Part shown: positions 8,121 through 14,677 of the stretch, piece by piece
How the letters are laid out: each line of letters starts with the position of its first letter
How positions within the stretch are numbered: position 1 is the first letter of the stretch
Assembly (NCBI GenBank): GCA_017443595.1
Contig: JAFSYU010000033.1
Coordinates: 14,549-78,548, forward strand
Length of the DNA: 64,000 nt
DNA from: Clostridia bacterium
GTDB lineage: Bacteria > Bacillota > Clostridia > Oscillospirales > CAG-272
Direction of reading: 5' to 3'
Made by a program: the position numbers and the translations under genes
The notes under the pieces: generated by a model
What the model saw: the letters and a program-made list of their open reading frames with translations, nothing else
Told to the model about the DNA's origin: nothing
Database searches by the model: none

Positions 8121-8561
8121 AGGATAACAGACGAGGGATTCGAACCGGCGGTAGTGAATGAAGCGCCGGGGGCGCTTCAGAGCCGCCGGCGACCAAGCGC
8201 GGTTCACGCCGCGCGCGACCGAATCCCTTGAAAAATCCGAAGAGGATTTTTCAACTACGGAGTCCGCTATATAAATCCGAAGCGAATAACGAACACGAAC
8301 CGGCGGTAGTGAATGAAGCGCCGGGGGTGCTTCAGAGCCGCCGGCGACCAAGCGCGGTTCACGCCGCGCGCGACCGAATCATATGAAAAATCCGAAGAGG
8401 ATTTTTCAACTGCGGAGTCCGCTATATAAAATCCGAAGCGAATAACGAACACGAACCGGCGGTAGTGAATGAAGCGCCGGGGGCGCTTCAGAGCCGCCGG
8501 CGACCAAGCGCGGTTCACGCCGCGCGCGACCGAATCCGTTTACGACAGGATTTTTCAACTG
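8121..8561. repeat. Three tandem copies (periods 155 and 156 bp) of a unit holding an 85-nt GC-rich self-pairing core plus an AT-rich spacer with a hairpin
   Basis: The core CGAACCGGCGGTAGTGAATGAAGCGCCGGGGGCGCTTCAGAGCCGCCGGCGACCAAGCGCGGTTCACGCCGCGCGCGACCGAATC starts at 8141, 8296 and 8452. The spacer carries GAAAAATCC-gaaga-GGATTTTTC and TATATAAA. Confidence 0.9.
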
Positions 8562-8572
8562 TGTTTATTTTT

Positions 8573-9559
8573 CTATTTTACATAATCAAATATCAAAATA
8601 TCATTTTCAACGCCGTGATACCCTATCGTATCAATAAGTTCACCGTATTTACCGCGCATTTCTATCATCACTTCTTCCATAACGGTTTTATGCAGATCGT
8701 CGGGAACGTCTACCTGATCGGAGAAGCCTTTGCCTGAGAAGCGGGGAAGAAATGTATCTGTAAGTTTATTAAAGAAAGGCTTGTTACGCTCGATACGCTT
8801 TGTTTCAACAGTACTGAATAAAGAACGGCACGCCGTATCCCTGTCAAATTTCCAACTGTATTTTTTTGCCGTTATACCCACAGAATTCAGTTTTGTCCAG
8901 TACGACGCGTATATCTCGTTTGTGATCTGAATAAACGCCGTGTTTTCATCCGCAAATTCTTCACCTGTCTTTGCTGTTTTTCCGGGAGCGTCGTCTTTGC
9001 AGATAAAATGTCCGCCGGGTTTTAAAACTCTATATATCTCGCCGATCACTTTTTCAGGATTTGAGATCAGGTGCAGGACGCTGTTTGCGACGGCAGAGTC
9101 AATGCTGTTGTCTTCTATCAAAACATCAAGCGCGTTCATACGGCAGAGCGTGACGTTTTGCAGCGAAATACCGTTTTTCCCTGCACGTTTTTGCAAGATC
9201 GTCATCATAGTGTTTGAAATATCGCCTGCTATGATCTTCGTACCGTTTTTTGCACAAGGGACGGTTAAACACCCGTCACCGCAGGCGAGATCGAGAAAAA
9301 CACCGTCTCCGGTAATTTTTGAGATATATTCCGCAAACAGCGTATCGCCTTCATCGATCAGATATTTGCGGTTTCCGGAAAAAGCCCCGCCTATATGTTC
9401 GTAGCCGATATATTTATCGCCTTCGCCCGTCGTTACAATATCCGGTGCGTCTGTCAGCTGCCATATACCGTTTTGATTTTCAACGGTATTTCCGCAGTTT
9501 TCACATATCGGAATCATAAATTTCTTTCTGCATCCGGGACAGATAAACATACAGATCAC
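8573..9559 (-). CDS. Class I SAM-dependent methyltransferase with an N-terminal zinc-ribbon
   Basis: Contains CPGCRKK...CENCG followed by the SAM motif VFLDLACGDGCLT and LKPGGHF. Confidence 0.7.
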   Translation of the reverse strand: MICMFICPGCRKKFMIPICENCGNTVENQNGIWQLTDAPDIVTTGEGDKYIGYEHIGGAFSGNRKYLIDEGDTLFAEYISKITGDGVFLDLACGDGCLTVPCAKNGTKIIAGDISNTMMTILQKRAGKNGISLQNVTLCRMNALDVLIEDNSIDSAVANSVLHLISNPEKVIGEIYRVLKPGGHFICKDDAPGKTAKTGEEFADENTAFIQITNEIYASYWTKLNSVGITAKKYSWKFDRDTACRSLFSTVETKRIERNKPFFNKLTDTFLPRFSGKGFSDQVDVPDDLHKTVMEEVMIEMRGKYGELIDTIGYHGVENDILIFDYVK

Positions 9560-9786
9560 CTCGCTTTGTTTTCTGATAATATTTTATCACAAAGCAGAAT
9601 TTGTTACAATATGAAAACAAATATTTTATGTAAATATTTTAAGGAAGCGTACCCGTTATATGACAGGCGATCAATGATCGCCCCTACGGGCGGGTCGTCG
9701 AAGGCGCCGACACTACTTGAAAAATTCATATTTATACGATATGATGAATACAGCATTAAAGATATTATAAAATTGAGGCGTATATA

Positions 9787-11478
9787 ATGCTGATATATAA
9801 GAACAAAGAACTTAAAACCGAAAAAGGCGAGACGTATTTGGCGGTATCAAAGAAGGTGCAGCCGGAATACGACGCGCCTATAATCCTTGCGAAGCTCGGT
9901 CAGAAAATAGTTGAATTGAATAAAGAAATACCGGACGAGACGGAGCTTGTGCGTCTCGGTATGGCGGACAGAGAGCTGACCTTCATAACCACAAGGGACA
10001 GAGACGGACATAAAACGTACGAGCGCGGAGCGACTATGATGTTTTTGCGCGCGATGGCGCACGTTTTCGGCAAAACGATACGCAAATTAAAGCTTGAATA
10101 CGCGGTAGGGGAATCGCTTTATTTCACCGTCGTCTTCAAGGACGGTTCCGACGCCGACGCGATAACAGAAGAAAAGCTTGGTGAAGTAAAAGCCGCAATG
10201 AGGCGCTACGTTGAAAACGACGATAAATTCATAAAGACCAAGATACCGACGGACGAGGCCGTTGAGATATTCCGGCGCCACGGTATGACGGATAAGGAAA
10301 GACTGTTCCATTACCGCCGCACGTCAACTACGAATATCTACCGTCTCGGTAATTATATCGATTATTTTTACGGCTATATGCCGCCGTCCGCCGGATACGT
10401 TGATATTTTTGATCTTAAACTGTCTCATAACGGTATAATGCTCATAATCCCGTATCACAACCGCCCGACCGAACCGGGCAGGGAGGAGATACCGGAAAAA
10501 CTGTTTGATACCATGTATCAGACGACAGAGTGGTGCAAGAATATCGGCGTGCCGACCGTAGCGGCGTTGAACGACGCGATAGCAAACGGAAAAGGACTTG
10601 ATATAATCTTATCTTCCGAGGCGTATCAGGAGCACAAGATTGGTCAGATAGCCAGGCAGATCAAAGAAGAGGGACGCCGTATTATAATGATAGCCGGTCC
10701 TTCGTCGTCAGGAAAGACCTCGTTTTCACACAGGCTATCTATCCAGCTCGGAAACGTGGGACTGAAAGCGCATCCGATAGCCTGCGATAACTATTACGTT
10801 GAAAGATCGCTCACGCCGAGGGATGAAAACGGAGAATATGATTTTGAGTGTCTGCAGGCGCTTGACGTCGAGCTTTTCAACAAGCATATGACGGCGCTTC
10901 TGAAAGGCGATAAAGTGGAAATACCGACGTTCAACTTTAAAAAAGGCGTGCCGGAATACAACGGGAACTGTTTGAGCATAAAAAGCGACGAGGTCCTTGT
11001 GGTCGAAGGCATACACGGATTGAATGACGAGTTTTCGTACGCTATATCAAACAGCGATAAATTCAAAATATATATAAGCGCGGTAACGGCGCTCAACATT
11101 GACGAACACAACAGGATACCTACGACGGACAACAGAGAGATACGCCGCATGGTGCGCGACAACAGGACCAGAGGCTTTTCCGCAAGGGATACGATAGCAA
11201 GGTGGCAGTCGGTACGCCACGGCGAAAAAAAGCATATCTTCCCGTTCCAGGAGGACGCGGACGTGATGTTCAATTCCGCGTCGATCTATGAGCTTGCGGT
11301 ACTCAAAACGTTTGCCGAGCCGCTGCTGTTCGCCATACCGCACGATTCACCGGAATATCCGGAAGCAAAAAGACTGCTTAAATTTCTTGAATATTTCCTC
11401 GGACTTTCGTGCGAGGACGTGCCGAGAAACAGTCTGATCCGCGAATTCATAGGCGGAAGCGTTTTCCCGGTGGGATAA
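9787..11478 (+). CDS. Uridine-kinase/PRK-family nucleoside kinase with a long N-terminal extension
   Basis: 563 aa. P-loop IAGPSSSGKTSF lies in the C-terminal half, with VVEGIHGLND and a DNREIRRMVRDNRTRG lid-like region. Confidence 0.6.
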   Translation: MLIYKNKELKTEKGETYLAVSKKVQPEYDAPIILAKLGQKIVELNKEIPDETELVRLGMADRELTFITTRDRDGHKTYERGATMMFLRAMAHVFGKTIRKLKLEYAVGESLYFTVVFKDGSDADAITEEKLGEVKAAMRRYVENDDKFIKTKIPTDEAVEIFRRHGMTDKERLFHYRRTSTTNIYRLGNYIDYFYGYMPPSAGYVDIFDLKLSHNGIMLIIPYHNRPTEPGREEIPEKLFDTMYQTTEWCKNIGVPTVAALNDAIANGKGLDIILSSEAYQEHKIGQIARQIKEEGRRIIMIAGPSSSGKTSFSHRLSIQLGNVGLKAHPIACDNYYVERSLTPRDENGEYDFECLQALDVELFNKHMTALLKGDKVEIPTFNFKKGVPEYNGNCLSIKSDEVLVVEGIHGLNDEFSYAISNSDKFKIYISAVTALNIDEHNRIPTTDNREIRRMVRDNRTRGFSARDTIARWQSVRHGEKKHIFPFQEDADVMFNSASIYELAVLKTFAEPLLFAIPHDSPEYPEAKRLLKFLEYFLGLSCEDVPRNSLIREFIGGSVFPVG

Positions 11479-11504
11479 TAAAGACGTAACAGGAAGGTTA
11501 AAAA

Positions 11505-12254
11505 ATGCTGGAATTGAAAAACGTTTCCTTTTCCGTTGACGTAAACGGAAAAGAGAAAGATATAATAAAAAACATAGATCTTGTTATACCGGATAACAAG
11601 CTTATAGTCATTACCGGGCCTAACGGCGGCGGCAAATCTTCGCTTGCCAAGCTGATAGCCGGAATTTACGTCCCCACGTCCGGAAAAATATATTTTAACG
11701 GAGTTGATATAACGGATATGGGCATTACCGAGCGAGCGAAACTCGGCATCGGCTTTGCGTTTCAGCAGCCGGTAAAATTCAAGGGTATAACAGTGCTCGA
11801 TCTTTTGCGCATCGCCGCGGGCAAGCGTCTGTCCATAACGGAAGCGTGCGAATATCTTTCGTCCGTCGGACTTTGCGCAAGGGACTATATAGACCGCGAA
11901 ATAAACGCGAGCCTTTCCGGCGGCGAGCTTAAACGTATAGAGATAGCAACGGTCATCGCGCGTAAAACGTCGCTTTCGCTTTTCGACGAGCCGGAAGCCG
12001 GAATAGACCTGTGGAGCTTCGGAAATTTAATTGAGGTGTTCCGCCGCATGAGAAAACAGATCACGGACGGCTCAATAATCATTATCTCGCATCAGGAACG
12101 GATCTTAAGCACGGCGGATGAGATAATAGTGTTAAAGGACGGCAGACTTGAAATGCAGGGAAGCAAAGACGAGATACTGCCGGCTCTGATAGGTACGTCG
12201 TCCGCAATAACGGACTGCAAAATGGGAGCCATGAAAGGAGGAGCGGAAGAATGA
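11505..12254 (+). CDS. ABC-type ATPase, SufC-like
   Basis: Walker A GPNGGGKSS, signature LSGGELKRIEIA, Walker B LSLFDEPEAGID. No membrane domain. Confidence 0.75.
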   Translation: MLELKNVSFSVDVNGKEKDIIKNIDLVIPDNKLIVITGPNGGGKSSLAKLIAGIYVPTSGKIYFNGVDITDMGITERAKLGIGFAFQQPVKFKGITVLDLLRIAAGKRLSITEACEYLSSVGLCARDYIDREINASLSGGELKRIEIATVIARKTSLSLFDEPEAGIDLWSFGNLIEVFRRMRKQITDGSIIIISHQERILSTADEIIVLKDGRLEMQGSKDEILPALIGTSSAITDCKMGAMKGGAEE

Positions 12255-13177
12255 TACAGCTTGACGAAATACAAAAAAGACTGTTATCCGAAGTAGCCGA
12301 CCTTCATACCGTGCCGGAAGGCGCGTATAACATACGCTCCAACAGTCAGTCGGCCGGACGCAGATCCACGGCGAATATAGAGATCGTATCAAAAACGGAC
12401 GTTTCCGGACTTGAGATACACATAAGACCCGGCACGAAAAACGAAAGCGTCCACATCCCCGTTGTCATGACGGAAAGCGGACTTAAAGAAACCGTCTATA
12501 ATGATTTTTATATAGGCGATAACGCGGACGTCGTTATAATCGCCGGCTGCGGCATTGACAACTGCGGAAATCAGGATTCGCAGCACGACGGTATACACAG
12601 ATTTTTCGTCGGTAAGGGCGCAAAGATTAAATACGTGGAAAAACACTACGGCTCCGGCAGCGGAAAAGGAAAACGCATACTCAATCCCGTTACTGAGGTG
12701 TATCAGGAAGAAAACAGCTCCGTTATAATGGAGATGGTACAGATAAAAGGCGTTGACGATACGGAGCGTACGACGAAAGCCGTGCTTGATACGGGCGCAA
12801 AGCTCGTTGTAAGAGAACGCCTTATGACGCACGGACAACAGCGCGCGATAAGCTTATACAACGTTGAACTTAACGGAAAAGGCGCAAACGCGGACGTTGT
12901 ATCACGCTCCGTCGCAAGAGACGATTCGTATCAGAAATTTGACGCAAAGATCATAGGCAACGCGGAATGTACCGGTCATACGGAATGTGATTCCATAATC
13001 ATGGATAACGGAAAGATCCTCGCAGTCCCCGGACTTGAGGCAAACTGCGTTGACGCGTCGCTCGTACATGAAGCGGCTATTGGCAAAATAGCCGGAGAAC
13101 AGCTGATAAAGCTCATGACTCTCGGACTGACCGAGCAGGAAGCGGAAGAGCAGATAATAAACGGATTTTTGAGGTAA
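12251..13177 (+). CDS. SufB/SufD-family protein
   Basis: 308 aa, beta-helix-like repeats. The C-terminal LVHEAAIGKIAGEQLIKLMTLGLTEQEAEEQIINGF is typical of SufB/D. There is a 4-nt overlap with the ATPase gene. Confidence 0.65.
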   Translation: MIQLDEIQKRLLSEVADLHTVPEGAYNIRSNSQSAGRRSTANIEIVSKTDVSGLEIHIRPGTKNESVHIPVVMTESGLKETVYNDFYIGDNADVVIIAGCGIDNCGNQDSQHDGIHRFFVGKGAKIKYVEKHYGSGSGKGKRILNPVTEVYQEENSSVIMEMVQIKGVDDTERTTKAVLDTGAKLVVRERLMTHGQQRAISLYNVELNGKGANADVVSRSVARDDSYQKFDAKIIGNAECTGHTECDSIIMDNGKILAVPGLEANCVDASLVHEAAIGKIAGEQLIKLMTLGLTEQEAEEQIINGFLR

Positions 13178-13183
13178 TTAAGG

Positions 13184-13377
13184 TGTCGGCTGCGCCGACA
13201 AATTATGGTGGGTTCCCACCCCACAAGCTCGGGCTACGCCCGAGAACCCCCCATACCCCCCTGTCCCCTCCCACAATCTCTGACGAGATTGATGGGGCGC
13301 GATATGTTTCTGACGAAACGCGATTTGTCCTGCGGACGCGATATATTCCTGCGGAATGCGATATGTTTCTTCGAAAC
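13184..13377. repeat. Intergenic array of mini-hairpins, including four GCGATAT-word units
   Basis: Hairpins TGTCGGC-tgc-GCCGACA, GGTGGG-ttc-CCACC and CTCGGGC-tac-GCCCGAG are followed by a C-rich tract. Then come units starting at 13299, 13320, 13338 and 13358, each GCGAT(A/T)T plus a 4-5 bp stem with a 3-4 nt loop. Confidence 0.8.
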
Positions 13378-13408
13378 GTGATAAGAAGTAAGAATTAAGA
13401 GGTTTTGT

Positions 13409-14620
13409 ATGATACCTGTACCGGAGAAAAGAGTCGCCGAATTTGAAGAAAAGGCGTTCGGGATGTTTATTCATTACGGGCTTTATTCGCAGCTCGGCGA
13501 AGGTGAATGGATAAAACATTTTGAAAACATACCGGACGGGGAATACAACAAGCTGTTTGAAACGTTTGATCCGTCCGGATTTGACGCAAGGGCTATAGCG
13601 CGGCTGGCAAAGCGAGCCGGCATGAAATACATAACGCTAACGACGCGGCATCACGAGGGATTTTCGTTATACGATACCTGCGGATTATCGGATTTTGACG
13701 CGCCTCACGCGCCGAACTGCCGCCGCGACCTCATACGTGAATTCGTTGACGGCTGCAATGAAGAAGGCATCACGCCGATGTTTTATCACACCACGCTTGA
13801 CTGGCATCAAAAATCGTTTAACGGTGATTTCCCGGCGTATTTGCAGTATCTGCGCGACAGTGTTGAGGTGCTTTGCACAAATTACGGAAAAATAGGCGGG
13901 CTGTGGTTTGACGGGAACTGGTCAAAACCGGACGCGGACTGGGAGGAAGACAAGCTCTACGCGGTCATCCGCCGTCATCAGCCGGACGCGATAATAGTCA
14001 ACAACACGGGTCTTGAAGCGCGCGGAAGAACAGGAAATAAAGAGATAGACAGCGTCACGTACGAGCAGGGAAGACCGGAGCCGATGAACAGAGAGGGAAT
14101 GAGCAAATACGTCGCCGCGGAGATGTGCTATACGATGAACGATCACTGGGGTATAGGCAAGCTCGATCTGAATTACAAAAGTCTGCCTTCTCTGATCGAA
14201 ACTCTTTGCGCGTGCCGCAAAGCCGGCGCAAATCTGCTGCTGAACGTCGGTCCCGCCGCGGACGGGAGCATATTACCGATCCAGCAATGTTTGCTGTCCG
14301 GTATGGGAGACTGGATAAACAATTTCGGCGCCTGTATTTATAAAGCAAAACCGTGTGATGTCAAAGGCGAGGGCAAGGACTTTGCTCTGCGTGATAACGA
14401 TAAGCTGTATCTTTTTTTACACGATCTCACAACGGCCGGAAAAGGTGCTGTTAGGACATTTAATAACGTCTGCGGCAAAGCTGAAAGCATAAAGTATACC
14501 GATAATAACGAAAAACTTGATTTTACACAGGAAAACAAACAACTCTGCGTCAATACGCCGTCGTTTCCGTACGGCACAAACGGCGTCGTAAGAGTAGCGG
14601 AAGTTAAGTTATCAGTGTAA
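13409..14620 (+). CDS. Alpha-L-fucosidase (GH29)
   Basis: FGMFIHYGLYSQLGEGEW, AKRAGMKYITLTTRHHEGFSLYD and FYHTTLDWH match the GH29 N-terminal catalytic region. Confidence 0.85.
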   Translation: MIPVPEKRVAEFEEKAFGMFIHYGLYSQLGEGEWIKHFENIPDGEYNKLFETFDPSGFDARAIARLAKRAGMKYITLTTRHHEGFSLYDTCGLSDFDAPHAPNCRRDLIREFVDGCNEEGITPMFYHTTLDWHQKSFNGDFPAYLQYLRDSVEVLCTNYGKIGGLWFDGNWSKPDADWEEDKLYAVIRRHQPDAIIVNNTGLEARGRTGNKEIDSVTYEQGRPEPMNREGMSKYVAAEMCYTMNDHWGIGKLDLNYKSLPSLIETLCACRKAGANLLLNVGPAADGSILPIQQCLLSGMGDWINNFGACIYKAKPCDVKGEGKDFALRDNDKLYLFLHDLTTAGKGAVRTFNNVCGKAESIKYTDNNEKLDFTQENKQLCVNTPSFPYGTNGVVRVAEVKLSV

Positions 14621-14626
14621 TAAAAC

Positions 14627-14670
14627 AACAAAACGGTGCGGTCCTTTCTGGATCGCACCGTTTTTTGTTT
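14627..14670. terminator. Bidirectional intrinsic terminator
   Basis: AACAAAACGGTGCG...CGCACCGTTTTTTGTT, with T-runs on both strands between convergent genes. Confidence 0.8.
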
Positions 14671-14677
14671 GTTCGGC

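Noticed and set aside
8118-8232. Minus-strand tRNA or tRNA-Sec-like gene in the first repeat copy (8-bp closing stem AGGGATTC/GAATCCCT and a 6-bp arm)
   Set aside because: There is no T-arm next to the 3' acceptor strand, no anticodon arm with a 7-nt loop, and no CCA. The closing stem is missing in copies two and three.
8121-8561. CRISPR array or integron attC array
   Set aside because: The sequences between the conserved cores are themselves conserved, so there are no unique spacers. The unit is far longer than a CRISPR repeat. There are no cas or intI genes and no cassettes between units.
8013-8737. ORF-track entries 8013-8231(+), 8115-8351(-), 8267-8518(-) and 8465-8737(+) running through the tRNA and the tandem array
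   Set aside because: They overlap the tRNA or consist of the repeated unit translated into reiterated Arg/Pro-rich peptides (NRAWSPAALKRPRRFIHYRRF). They have no RBS, and their frames exist only because the repeat lacks stops. I treat them as non-coding.
11505-13177. Complete Suf iron-sulfur assembly operon
   Set aside because: Only a SufC-like ATPase and one SufB/D-family gene are present. There is no sufS, sufU/sufE or second SufB/D paralog in the window, so I do not call it a functional Suf system.
13183-13398. 71-aa ORF in the SufD-fucosidase spacer, and similar ORFs at 32246-32446 and 32283-32564
   Set aside because: They are made entirely of the hairpin repeats and the C-rich tract and give Pro/Arg-rich nonsense. 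There is no RBS.
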